From positions 52,926,788-52,990,787 of the forward strand of contig CM120640.1 in the NCBI GenBank assembly GCA_051362555.1: a stretch of DNA of 64,000 bases, read 5' to 3'. Numbering within the stretch: position 1 is the stretch's first letter; each line of letters begins with the position of its first letter. The notes beneath the pieces were generated by a model. The model was not told the origin of the DNA. It searched no databases and was given only the letters and a program-made list of their open reading frames with translations. Shown here piece after piece: positions 1-13,700 of this stretch. The stretch is from Lingula anatina. Taxonomy: Eukaryota > Animalia > Brachiopoda. The position numbers were made by a program, and so were the translations under genes.

Positions 1-1031
1 CCTACACTAGTATTGGGAAGGCAGGCTTCAACCTTTTAGAACACAGGAATCTGGCCAGACATATGAATACTGTCATCTTCCATTCCAAGATGGTAGACTA
101 CTTAGATGAGATGCTGATAGAAACATCTGATCTATCCACTTATTGGTGAGTGTGATCTCACTGGTGCCACTTTTAAGTTTTGTGGGTTTACATGTGAAAA
201 TTATTGATGTAGTCAAATCACTTAATTGGTTTTTCTGTCAATTGAAGCATATTGTAGGGATTTTACACGCTAGTCTAAGCCTAGAATTGTGTAAAATAGT
301 CTCTTTAAAGCTGTAAATTCATTTTAAATTATGAATACATGCCAATAAGATTAAACTGCTTTCTAACCGTTAATAAAACATACCTGTCATATTTTCCATG
401 GTCAGTTTTCATACCACCATATTTGAGCTCCAGTTCAAGCAATGTATGGAGCTGCCAGCCCAGCACAGGTTCAGCATTGCCTTCCCCCTGGTCTGTGCTC
501 ACTTCATGAATGCTACACACGAACTTTGTCCAGAAGAGGTGAGTAAAATCAGATTTAGTGAGTCACTGGGTTTTGTATGTTTAATATATATATATATATT
601 TGAAAAATGTTAATGTTAGCTACACTGCATTTGTCTTTTATGAGGAAGTAAAGATATTGAAATTTTTATTTCATAAGCTCAATATTAGTATGATGTTTAA
701 TTGGATCATCCAATACATAAAGAGAAATTATGCTCTTTTAGCACTATACTGAATACTGAATACCAGAGACTTTTGTAGAAAATAATTTAAAACATCTTGC
801 CTTTAAAAAGAAAATATAAATAGCAAAATGATCATATATCCTTTTAAAAAATTCAAAAATTTAACATTTAAAATATAATTTGAAATAAGCGCCACTCCAT
901 TGGCACAACCAGCATCCAGTACGCCAACTGGTTCCTGAAGGAAATGTCTGAGGAGGTGAACCAGATCATCACCTTTATATGTGAGGAACAGTGCATGCTA
1001 GCTGACAAGGTAAGCAGTGATATTTTTATTG

Positions 1032-1062
<31 letters not shown>

Positions 1063-1954
1063 GGGGGGGGTGCATATCTTCTTTCTAAGTGCAAGCAGTA
1101 TTGGTAGCACGGACACTGAAGTTTATCTGTCTTGCTTAAATTGTCTCTCAAATTTAATGGCTCCATATGTTGCATTAGCCAGTTGAAGCTCTAAATGCTC
1201 AAAAGATGTAAAGATGTTTGGATACAGACCATTAGTTGTGCTGGAGTTTTTACAAGATACCAGAATAATATATAGTGAAATTATTTGTGTTTCAGCTTCT
1301 TCCCAAGAATTGTGCTGCCCAGCTGGCCCAGGTTTACCAGAACAAGAAGAGGAGAGACAAGAAGAAGCAGGCAGGACAGGAGATGGTCAAACCAGGAACT
1401 GAAAGCTACAGAAGGAATAGGGAAGATTTTACAAGGTCTGTTTTATCAAGTCTGGTGCTTAAACCCCAGTCATACATACATCAGTTGAACTTACCTTCAG
1501 TATGTACAGCTGATCTCCCCTGAAAAAAACTAGAATTGTAAGGTGTGTATAGAAGTGTGTGAATCTGTTGAATGGAATTCCCCTTTTATTGTTGAAATTT
1601 CTGAATCATTTTAGAAGAGTTGAATTCATTAATGAAAATGTCAATTGTTGAAAAGTATTTTACTTTTCAAAGTTAAACCAGAATTTATTATTTTGCCACA
1701 ATGAATTTTGATGTTTTCATGTATGACTAAATTACCGATTTGTTTTTTAGAATGGACAAGCTCCACATGGCCCTGACAGAGTTGTGCTATGCTCTTAACT
1801 ACTGCAGTATTATACAAGTATGGGAACATGGCTTTGTACCCAGAGAGTTCTTTATCCAACATCTAGAGACCAGATTTAATAAGTAAGATCAACAACAAAC
1901 TGTGTTTCTGTTTAGATATAGGATTTAGTATTTGATTGTAAGAAGTGAGAGAAA

Positions 1955-2046
<92 letters not shown>

Positions 2047-5000
2047 GAAAGTTAAACTTTTGTATTAAAAATTATATTTGATAAAATGAATTTAAAAGAT
2101 TTTAAAGTATTGCATTTTTAAGGTTTTAAAAAAGCTGTGTAACATTCAGTTTTCTGATGAGGTCTGTTGCAGAAAGAACAAATTATCATACCATATCATA
2201 TCATATCATATTAAGTAAGATATCATTATCATCATCTTGCTGTCCTTTTCTGTTAATTTCATCCTCTTAATAATGTGCAAGATTTTTGCAAGTTGTTTTT
2301 TAATATCTGCAAGTTATATAATATTTACTTAAATGTCTCTTTCAGAGCATTGGTTGGGATGATGATGTTCAATCCTGAAACCAGTGAGATTGCAAAACCT
2401 TCTGAACTATTGAACAGTGTCAAAGCAATAATGAATGTGCTGCAGAGCATAGAAAACTACGGTAATACACATTTTGGTCAGATTAAACAGCAGGCTAAAA
2501 TAAAACTTAAAATGAATCGAAACTTGCATATCATTGTGTTATTCTGTTAATTTTTGTTGTGTGGAGTCATACATCTCATTATCTTCACTCTACAGTAGTT
2601 GAATATGTATTAACAGAATATTTTTTTCTTTTCTGGCTTCCTGAAGGCAGAATCTTATTTATAAAGATAACTCATCCTGTAGTATTATGGTGTGTCATGC
2701 TCATTGGAAGATAATTAGTATATCTCATTGTTTCAGTTCATGTTGATATAGCCAGAATTTTCAACAATGTATTGCCACAGCAGACACAAGCCAATGATAG
2801 TTTCACAGGTGAAAAAACTATCACTTCCATTTATACAAACTGGTAGGTTACTTTTATTACACAATAACCTTGCAGTGTTTTGCTAGATAAAATGCTGATT
2901 CTCAAAATTATGTCAAAATAATAAAATTGTTGACACTTGATTTTATATTGAATAAAATTAAACAGATTTGAGATTGATGAAAACAGCTCATCTTTGCAAT
3001 ATAAATACTAGTTATTTCATCATAAGGTGTTAAAGTCAATAATCTCAGATTTGAATTCATTTAATCATATTATTACATTAAAATCTTTTCCAAACATAAA
3101 GTCACATCATACCCACCCAGCATGGCTGTATATTATAATGTATCATGTATTGTATATATCTCCTTCCCCACCAGGTATTTGGAGGTGTTAATGAGACAAG
3201 TGAGTTCTGGACACATAGTCTACTCACCCAATCAGAAGGCTTTTGTCAGTTTGTCCTCTGAAGAAAAACTTCCTTTCACAGCTGAAGAATATGCTGACAT
3301 CATGGGTAGGAAGCATTACATGCATTGATCAGAAATAGTAGTTGATAAAACAAAACTGATGTAAAAAGTTTAAAAAGGGATGTTGGTGCTGTGTAAGATG
3401 TTCTCATGTCTGTCTGGTTCTAGGTTAACATAATGTGACTGTTTTACATTTCAGAGCTGCGTGCCCTGGCAGAGTTGATAGGTCCCTATGGCATGAAGTA
3501 CCTTAGTGAGAGACTCATGTGGCACATCTCCAGTCAAGTGGAAGAGCTCAAGGTAGGGGGGTTTGTAGGAAATTTGAAATTGTTTCTCGATTTACTTCTA
3601 TTATAGATAATTTTTTTATCTACATTGATATTTTTATTTCCTTAAAGATGTTATGATATTTCTTTCTATACATGACTCAGTACTTGCTATCAAAAGTTTG
3701 TAATTATTTCCAAACATATTTTGATTTAAATTGTAATTGTGACTTTTGTCTCCAGAAATTAGTAGTAGTGAACAAGGAGGTTTTAAGCCAGCTAAGGACA
3801 AGTTTTGATAAACCAGAACAAATGAGAGAGCTATTTAGGAGGTTACAAAGTAAGTGAAAAGCTTAATGAACTAAAAAAATTTAATCCATACCTTTGACAG
3901 TTTAATAGATGTTTTTATGAAAGAGATATATAAAGACTTAAAACGTATTATACACATTTTAGATCAAACTAATTCATATTTAGAACACTTTATATTGGTA
4001 TATAAGAAAATTTAACTAAAACATTTGATTCCAGATTATATTTGACTGCAGTTAAAGATGGACAACATTCATTTTCAAAATTTTTTCTGAACAATTTGAA
4101 TTGAATATCTCTCTGAAATTAAAAAAATTAGCTTTGCAATTGATTTTTATATCTAATCATTAATTAGGTTAAGTATAGTTTTGACAAATCTAAAGATAGG
4201 AAGAGTAGTAATTTTTAACTTTAGTACACATTTGCCAATGACAGCTGATAAGTGGAAGGATTATTGAGTTATTTGAGTGGATTTGTAAAGTGTAGCGGAA
4301 GAGAAAATAAAAAAGATTGAACATGAGGTTCTATGAAAATTTTGTTTTTGTTATGAAGACAATTGAGGGATAAAGATTTCATTTTCATTTGTGAAGGTTT
4401 AGTGAAGCAACTAGTTAGATTGGAAAACTGGAACAATTGATGTATTTGTGCCAAGCCTTCAACAATATTTTAGGATAAGCTTGCTTTGATGTTATTTAGC
4501 ATTATGACCAGATATTTTAATAATCTTTGAAGAATGTGATATTTTGGATGCAATTTTTGTTTTGTTATATGCAAGCAAATTGTGGGACCCAGAGCAAAGG
4601 ACAAAATAATAATTCTGTTGAGATAATGTTCAGCAAATGAAGTACATTAACTTTTATTTACAATTTTGGCAGAGCATAATTTTGGATCAGCAAGTGGTAA
4701 AGAGTCATGGTTCCAAATTCTTCTACCACCCAATTATTGTTTAACTTTAAACTGGAATATGTATTGAAAATAGCAGTAATATCTTTATGTGATGTAACTT
4801 CCTTTCCTTTGATATTTGCAAGAACCCAAAACGGCCACAAGTAAGATTGATATTCTACAGTTGTTACAATTCTGCCTTGCCCATGAACTTGAACTTAATG
4901 TCAGCAGTAAAGCTGAATGTGTAATTCACTTTCAAGTTCATCGGTGTCACTAGTTGTCTCCCTAGTGCTTACCAGCATGCCAGCAATGTGATAGGCAGGG

Positions 5001-5088
5001 CAAGGCAGCAGGCTTCAATTTTACTGTTGTACTGTGGTAGTTTCTCTGGATATTGGCCATATGATTCTGATGAAGTGACCTACCCTTT

Positions 5089-5186
<98 letters not shown>

Positions 5187-8100
5187 AAAGGGTAGGTCAG
5201 AAAGAGGGAGGGAAAAGGAGGTGTAAGGAGAAAGGATCGAAAATTTTAAATCAGAATCAGGTGGTTTCCATTTCAATATTTGTTTAATATATTTTAACAC
5301 CAAAGATTTAGATTAACAGTTATCCTTTTTTGTTGAACACCCCCATCCAAAATGAAAAAGCTAAAAAGTAAATGTCACTATTTCAGTTTATTTATTCATT
5401 TTCATTCCCCACATTATGTGTTGTTTTTGCATGTTTTACTTTCATGACTCACACATGATTTTTGTATATTAACTAGAAATCTTTGTTATGTGTCACTTTT
5501 GCTATAGTATGAATGATAAACAACGTGCATTAATGGAGAAAATCAATGTTGTATGATCCTTTGCATGGCACACAGTATCAGAATGAGGTGCTGTTTGATG
5601 TTGAATTTATTGTACGTTAAAATTGTTAACACCAGTTAGTATCTTTTATGTTATTATGAAGGTCTGTTAACAGCATTTTATTTAGACTTAAAGAGTAGCA
5701 AATCAGTTTGCTTAAACCTGTGTATTTATTAGTATTAATCTCCTTAATAAAATAATAAGAAATTACCCCAAAGCCCATATTATCATTTAAGTAGTCATGA
5801 ATTTTAATAGAATCGTGTGTTGGGGTTTTTTATATTCATGTTTTAATGGTCATGTCTCCTCTAGGTGTGGACAGTGTCCTGCAGAGAATGACCATCATAG
5901 GGGTTTTGCTGTCCTTTAGAGCACTGGCTCAGGAAGCCTTGGCAGACGTAAGTTCTGCTTGCAAGTGTGACAATACCCTCTGCAATTTTCATCTTTTTCC
6001 CTTTTTACTCTGAGTTTGTTATTCAGTAAATTGTTGTATGCATTCTGAATTACACACACATGCATGCACCCATGCACACACACATACACACACACTCACA
6101 TGCACACCCGTACATGTGATTTTACTACAGTGTAATGTAATATATTGTCATGCTAGGTACTTGAAGAACGTGTTCCCTTCCTGCTGTCATCTGTTCGTGA
6201 TTTCCATCAACATCCTCCCAATGGCCAGGATAACATGGTAAGTTATTGACACAATTATCAGATGATACCTTTCCCCTCTTTTTAAGCAGGTAATATACAA
6301 GGCGTGAAAAATATAGTTTTAATGTTCATTTCCACTGTACAGTGATAATGGCAGATAGAAAACATGTTGTGCTTTTGAGTTGTATGCCTTAGCTTTGTGA
6401 TAAATAATTTGCATACATTTGTTTTATGGTAGAATTAATTTAACGTCTAATAGTGTATTTTTACATATTATTTTTGTATAAATTATGATTAATTTATGAT
6501 GAAAGTTATGTAAATATTCAGATTGTTTTAACTCTCCCTTATGACATTTTAATTTAATTGAAAAATTTTGCTGCACAAATGTTATTCAAACTTAAATTTA
6601 TTTATTTGCAACAAATTTTTATTGTGAAATGCTATAATGATAATAAGCACAACTTCTTTACTTGGAATGATTCACATATAAACATGCATATTAATGGAAT
6701 TATAATGGCTTTCCTACAATGCATTTGAAGCTGGCAACCATTCGGAGTCAGGTGCTGACAGTTAAATAGATATTTTTTTAAGCCAGTAAAATAGCCCATT
6801 GTTTTGTTTAATGATTTTTAGTATTATAGTTGGCTGTTTCATTCTTAACGTGGATTATGTTACCATTTAAATGTGTACTAATATATGTGCTTTGATAGTT
6901 AGAGCTAAGTTCAGTGCCACTAATTGTGGTAACATGGATGTGCTTCCAACTTGGCAAGCATGGCTTTTTCCTTATAACAGTGCAATTCTGCTTTAACCAA
7001 ATTATTGCCTCTAGTTTGGGTGGAATTTTGACAGATGTAGCTAAATAGTATTGGACAAATAGATTTGATTTGTCCAGTTGATGATAATTATGCCAGGTCA
7101 ACTTTGGTGCTGGGTCTATTGCATGGCATTTATATGTGGACCATCTAACTGGCAACTAGGATAATAAAATACCTGCTCTATTTTCTCTTAGCACCCCTTT
7201 ATAATTCCTTGTTCCAATCTCACTGTCTTGGTCATTTAATAGAAATGGGATGGATTTTTTTTTTGTGGATCACCCAGTTATTTCATTAATTTCTTAATGC
7301 TGGTCGTTACTCTCATGTTGGTAATTATTACTGAAACTTGCTCCCTGACACCTTGATGTTTTGATGTTTTCCCACTTTGGAACATTTGGAACAATTTCCT
7401 AACAGGTGCTTTTATTACTTGGTGCTAACTGTTTCAGCACAGATAGTGATGCTTACCTATCTAGCTCTGTGTTCAATTGCTTTTACTTTAGTAGTATAAC
7501 CCTACCAGTTCTGTTTCTTTATTTTCAATGCTTTTTTGTTTATTTTAGAGCAAGCGTATACAAACAAAGTTGGTAGGTGTCTTATTGAAAAAAAATGAAA
7601 TAAAAATTGGCACATTCAACATAGCTTCTGTTGAAAAGTGTTTAACTTTCGTTTTAAAGATATAAAATGTTTTAAGCACTTTTTCACTGCTGAGTCTTTC
7701 AAGTAGAGAAATTTATAAAGTGTGAGATAACACGTGTGTTACTATTTCTCTCGGGAAAAGAGCAATTTCTATCTGCAAATCACTACAAGCTTTTAGTTAA
7801 CACAGTCATTGTGTGTCTAAGTCTTCATTGATCAATTTTTGCTTCAGGTTTCAACTTTTTACAATGATTTTTCTTAGTTCAGAATTTTAACATGGCAAAG
7901 TTTATTCCATATGAAACTAATACTGTTTAAAATTCCAATATTCAAAAAGTTTTTTTACCTTAGATTGTCAATGAAATGGCCAGTGCTGCAGGCCTTCCTT
8001 GTGACATAGATCCGGCCTTATGCAATGCTCTCAGGGCTCAGAAAAATGGTAAGTGTTGAAGCCAGAAATGTTTATTTTCTGAATTTTGTCAAAGTAGTTT

Positions 8101-9606
8101 AGTTTGTAAAGGTTATCTTATGTCTGTAAAGTGATTACTGTAGTTATGAACAATCCTTTGGAATCACTCCAATTAAGTATTATATTCAATAGTTATTTTT
8201 CATTCTTACTATTTAAGCCAACTTGTTTTCTTCTTTTTGCACACTCCAATGAAGTATTATATAATAGTTACTTTTCATTCTTACTTTTAAAACCAACTTG
8301 TATTTTTCTTTATTGCAGATTCTTTGCAAATTAGCATATTGTTGAATTTCTCCTTAACCTTTTTTACTAAGAATATTTTAAGATAAGATGACAATAGTAT
8401 CTCCTTGTAACTTTTGTCATAGGAAATGATAAATATACCTTTCAGAAACAGGAGAAGATGAATACAATGTGTCCTGTTTGTTGATGGTGTTTATTGCAGT
8501 GGCCCTCCCCAAACTGGCCAGAACTGAGGCTTCCACATTTAGAGCAGCTCTGGAAGGTAAATCATCTTGTATAATTTACAGCATCCATTGAGTAGCAATT
8601 TAATATCTCAGAGGAAAAAAATAAAATCAAACCCTCAACACTATCAAACTGGTGAAGTAAGTGTTGACATTGAAAAAAATATTATATACAGATTTTGCTT
8701 GGTATTCCCAAAGTCTTATATTCAACTCATACATTTATATCACCTTACATTTGAAAAATACATTTTCTGTTAAATTAAATTCATGTATTTGTGTATTCTT
8801 TCTGTATTTACTCCATGGGGGAAAGTTATTACTTGATTTATGGCAGTTCCACATTATCTCTTAAGGTCACGTCAACAACAGCCACTGCCTGGGCAAGGCC
8901 ATCAACTCTCTGGCTGGAGCCATGTTCACTGTGTATGGACCTGGAGATGTGGAGGACAGGCTGAAAGAATTCTTAGCTGTAAGTGTATAATTGTCTTCAT
9001 ACATGAGTGTATAATGGCAGATAAGTGGCAGGTGAAGAAATACTTTGCTACACATTAGAATTGTTATTATATGAAATGTATTACACATATAATCTAAAAA
9101 CAAATGATGATATTAACAGTTCACACTGCTATGTACTGTCTGTTTCAGCTTGCATCTTCCAGTTTGTTGAGGCTTGGTCAAGAGATGGATAAAGAGAGTA
9201 TTAAACACAGGGAGTCTGTTTACATTTTACTGGACCAGGTAAGTTATAAGGAGGTTAAAATGTGAGTTATGGAGGATGAGATAAATGAGCGAAGGCCAAA
9301 ATCTTTCTGCTGCATCCCAAAACTTCAATCATTTTAAGTGACAAATATTTCTACCATAACAGTTTAGAAATCCTTTTATAGAACACTGCATTATAAACTT
9401 ATAATATTCAGAAAACCAGAAAGGCACCCTATTTTAAAATTGTGAAACATAAAGATCATTGCACTTTTTCATTTCAGATTGTCCAAGAATCTCCTTTCCT
9501 GACAATGGACTTGCTGGAGTCTTGTTTCCCATATGTCTTACTTAGGGATGCTTACCATGCTGTTTATAAAGCTTCTGATAGCTACAACCGGCCACCAAGA
9601 CAGTGA
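1..9606 (+). CDS. NCKAP1: Nck-associated protein 1 (Nap1/HEM-2, WAVE regulatory complex), 3' portion, about 17 exons, 5' end outside window
   Basis: GT-AG exons (e.g. 1-145, 406-538, 890-1009, 1296-1435, 5865-5947, 6156-6237, 9478-9606) join in frame to give [87 protein letters not shown] and [31 protein letters not shown], all recognisable NCKAP1 motifs; TGA at 9604-9606. Confidence 0.96.
1959..2044. repeat. (TA)n microsatellite followed by poly-T
   Basis: Directly visible in an NCKAP1 intron. Confidence 0.95.
4269..4850 (-). mobile_element. Highly decayed non-LTR retrotransposon (LINE) ORF2 fragment
   Basis: Minus-strand peptides [19 protein letters not shown] and [17 protein letters not shown] resemble, in the right order, the LINE ORF2 segments GxxITDxxxIAxxFNxYF and PLxxLFNxSLxxGxFP; many stops and frameshifts. 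Confidence 0.4.
5076..5199. repeat. Perfect palindrome: 17-bp inverted repeat enclosing a (TA)n tract
   Basis: TGACCTACCCTTTATCA (5076-5092) and its exact reverse complement TGATAAAGGGTAGGTCA (5183-5199) flank (TA)n. Confidence 0.95.
7150..7550 (-). mobile_element. Highly decayed LINE reverse-transcriptase fragment (CR1/L2-like)
   Basis: With frameshifts the minus strand reads [23 protein letters not shown] then [10 protein letters not shown]...TTSIKKLMK, resembling LKELAxxIxxPLxxLFNxSLxxG and KGDRxxxxNYRPISLTSxxxKLME. Confidence 0.35.
8165..8315. repeat. Imperfect tandem duplication, two units of about 75 bp
   Basis: CACTCCAATxAAGTATTATAT...AATAGTTAxTTTTCATTCTTACT...CCAACTTGT starts at 8165 and again at 8242. 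Confidence 0.85.
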
Positions 9607-10378
9607 GGACATTGAAACAGTTGTGTCCAATTATCAAAGTTATTTCACGGCAAATTCAACTTGTGTAGGAACTAGTTTAGAGTGGAAAGTGAACATCAAC
9701 TGATACTACGAGGTAGTTTCCTTTGGTGCAAAAGACTGTATAAAAAGGGGATAATAAAATAGTAGTCTTAACTTGCCATGATGAAATTTGATGAAAACTG
9801 CAATTTTACTTAATATTCAACAGCAGCCACTTTGGCAATACATTTTCCTCACATTTTTTAGTTTACTGCAGGTATAACTCTGATATTTATTATGAATACA
9901 AATTTCTGAGAACAATTTTTTTTTAAATCTTATAGAGGCTATTCCTGGACTGAAGAATTCCTGTTTTTGCTAAAAAAGTAATCTCTCTGGTAGAATATTT
10001 CAAATTAACAGATAGAACATTGAAGTTCACATGTTTACTTAAACTATTACAATATGATAAATGAATATTATGATCCTTTAAATTTTGTGCTGTTAAAAAT
10101 CCACTCGATTTTGATCAAAGTAAAAAACCAGTTATTTTTTCAGGTGTGGGAATAGGTTATCCCAATTGTGTTCCACTAATGCATGAACAGAATGTGTATT
10201 AGTTTAATATGTACCATTTTAGTATTTTTATACAGATTATATTAGCAGGATGTATGCGATAATAATGATTCATGTGAAAGCTGTCAAATGTGGTAACTTG
10301 AAAATTCAATTTAATTGACAATTTGAAGTATTTAATAATAATTCTACTTCAAAAGTGTAGAAAATAACTAATTGTACA

Positions 10379-10393
10379 AATAAAATGTTTATT
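10379..10393. terminator. Opposed polyadenylation signals between convergent NCKAP1 and PSMD2
   Basis: AATAAA on + (10379-10384) and TTTATT, i.e. AATAAA on - (10388-10393), lie between the two stop codons; usage is inferred. Confidence 0.45.
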
Positions 10394-10757
10394 ACCATTA
10401 TGTATATCACATACAGTAGTTTTTGTTATGCATTTGCAATACATTTAGGACATTCTTCTTATGTTCCTCTGTCTCAACTCAAGCTCTATAAAGGACTGGA
10501 GTAGTGTTCACATTTCAGAAGACTGATGCTTGAAATCATTTAGATTGGATAAACTTAAACCAGTCATTCCCTTTCACACACTTATAACTGGCAACAGATA
10601 GCAAGTAACATTGTCTGGCAGCAACTTGCACTGAGACCTCAAAAATAATGTGTAAACAAGATGGCAAGGACTTTTGTTCATATATCATCCAACTGACTTA
10701 AATGTCTACTCTGTCCAAGTCGAATTTTTTCATATTCATTTTGGGACCAGGTGTTCT

Positions 10758-13700
10758 TCAAGCTTCATAGTCTGGATTTTTCTTGAGAATAACAAAACCT
10801 TCCATTACTGGTGTGAGGGATAAATCTGATTACAGTCAAAGAAATATTCTGAAATTCTACACAAAATAATCAACATTTGTTACTTGACAAACGAAACAAA
10901 ATTTCTACCTACCCATGACAAAACTAAGTCATTTTTGTTCTAAGTAAAATGGACTTGATATAAAGTGTTTTTTAATTGAAATTTTCCATAGATACACATT
11001 GTGTCTTCTTAAAATATATGGCATGTTTTGTTGGCTAAAAATAGTGCTAGTACCTCTTAATAAGCGAAATGGGTTTTAACTGAGCAGGAAAAATACATGT
11101 GAATACAGTAAACCAGTGTAAAGGATACATTCTTCTGTTGCCAGCTCTGCTCTTTCTCCATATGCTAACAGTACTGGGGTGGTGTGTGTCTGGAATCCTG
11201 TGATAGTCTTAGGTTTGCCTGCCTGGCCCACAACATCTACAGCCTTTAAAAAACAAAATTGGGAACAAAACTGATATTGTGCATAAAAATTTATTTTCTT
11301 TCATTCTGCAGACAGATTCTTTAATTCTATTTTACCCCCCAAAAATTACATTTTATCTTGTACATTAAACACATCTAGAGCATTGGAAGGATTTAAGCTC
11401 ACCTGTCCAACTCTTACAGGTACTGGCAGTGGTCTTAGCTCTTCATCAAATGTCACCAGCATTCTGGGTTGAATAGCAGGCACCAAGTTGAACAGTACAT
11501 AGTGAGATTTACCAAGTATAACTAGATGACAAGAGGAAAAGAAAAATAAATTAAGGACAGGTATTCAATTTTTATTTATTAATAAGCTTGCCAATCACAA
11601 AAGGAATTTATACCCCTCAGAATACCTCCATAAAAACATGCAACCAATATGGCAGATTTGAATAACATAAAGAGTGCATTCTTTATTAAAAATGTGAAAA
11701 AAAAAATCAACAAATTATTCTGAAACCATTTCAAACATTAAAAAATTCAAAATATGCTGTCATTAACTCACTTGTCTTGACATCCAAACATGCCACCAAC
11801 ACAGCCATGAGACCTGCCACTGCCACTGGACTGAGTAGGGTACGGTCACTGTGGTATGGGCAAGTGGTCAGCGTGCCCTTGCCCATGTGGGTTAGTCCCT
11901 GGGCTATACGCACCATAAACAGGTTGTTAGGGTCCTTCCCATGGTACACTGCTAACTGGCGTAACATGGCTGCCAGTCTGGCATTGTTTGTACCTGAAAA
12001 TAAAAACATATCTTGACAATTGTGCAAAATGCTTTTTATTGATTACATCAAAGAATTCAGAAACCCTTCACAAAAATATATATCATTATAAAACTTAGTT
12101 TAACCTATTTTCAAAAAAAAAAATTCAGTCATGTTAAAAAAATAATATAAAGAAGTTTTAAAGGTGGTTTCAAGTTTCAAAGGTGGTTGGATATCAAGTA
12201 AAATATAAAGTAAGATACTTAAAAATAGAAGTGTGAAAATTACAAGATATTGCACTTACCTGCTCCCACAATACCCATAGCTAAAATGGCATTGTATGAA
12301 ACTTCTGGATCACTATCATGAGAGAATTTACTAAGAGTATCCAAGATCTGGAGTTTAGGATTGGATGCCGATACCAGGGCTAGGGCAAGGGGAACGGCCC
12401 TTCTGATAGCTGGTTCACCATATCTCAACTAAAATAAACAAATAAATAATAATTCCAAAGAAAAATACTAAATCAAGAAGAATTAAGAAGCTCTCTATGG
12501 TATTGTAAATGATAGTGTTAACAGTGTCATTAAATACACAATGACATTTGCTTAATAGAGAAAGGGTGAGGGTTATGATTATTACCTTATCACACTGGCA
12601 TATCTCTGAAAACACAAAGTCACTTTCTGAAAACATACCAAACTTCCAAACGTTCTGAGAGTCATCTCTGCCCCTATATCTTCACCCATTGCTATCAGAG
12701 CAATTCCTAATACTGCAACACCTGGATATGAAAATAAAAAAGTGAAAAAACACTTTCATCACAATATTATGTTGAAAACATTAATCATGGTGAACTTAAA
12801 ATTGCTGAAGCATTCAAACATCAAGTCAGTAGCTTATGTTGTCACAATTTATCAACAAATGTTCTTAATATCATACCTTGATGAGCTGCTAAATCTACCA
12901 AATTGTCCTTCTTTTCCTCCTTTTTGTCTTCTGTCTTTTCTTCTTCTTTCTTCTCTTCTTTTTTGTCCTCTTTCTTCTTCTTATCATCTTTTTTATCTTT
13001 GTCTTTCTCATCCTGCCATTTATAAAAGAACTTTAAGACTATGCATAACTGCCCAATTACAAATAATTCATTACGCATTTCATAGTTTCACATGTTAAAC
13101 TCTGCAAATAAAATTATAAGAGAATTTTGAATACCAGAGAAACTTTATCAAAAAAAGCTCTAATGCAGCAAGTTACAGAAAATATGTCACAGGTTACCAG
13201 CTTTCTGAGGTCCACCAGGTTACTCACACAAATAGACTACAATCTTTTTTCTTTCCTGCACAGCAATAACCACTTTACATAGATTACTACAGTACTATAT
13301 ATAAATATATATAAAAATTGAAATGAATGATGGCATTTTTTTGCTAAAAATGCAGAAGAACAGTTACCTTTTCCTCATAATGTTCAGAACAAATGTGGAG
13401 TAAATGCTGGACTTTCAAAACATTTCCCGTTCCTAAAAATAGAGAAAATGTCTATAATTAGTTACAAATAGCTGATATACATTTCACATGAGGAAAAAAA
13501 ATTTTTTTTTTACATTCATCTAAACGTGTCTTCATGTCTTTTCCCTATGTTATCATTTTGTGTAAGTAGCAGTTGGCTAATGTGAAAAATACCTTGTCAA
13601 TTATTACTACTTAAAAAAAAGAGAAAAACATGAACATATGTATTCCTGCTAATCAAAAGGAAAAATGTAGCAAGCGTTTCCACACGATTAAGTTGTAAAC

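Noticed and set aside
2154-2180. CTGATGAGGTCTGTTGCAGAAAGAAC, resembling a hammerhead core
   Set aside because: Stem II is not closed before a GAAA, and stems I and III cannot be formed.
4962-5303. ORFs with IYIYIY, THTHTH, CVCVCV, poly-F, poly-K or poly-H runs here and elsewhere
   Set aside because: They are translations of microsatellites and homopolymers, not genes.
12878-13013. Lys/Glu/Asp-rich low-complexity exon in PSMD2
   Set aside because: A charged variable loop before the AHQG motif is a normal feature of Rpn1/PSMD2.
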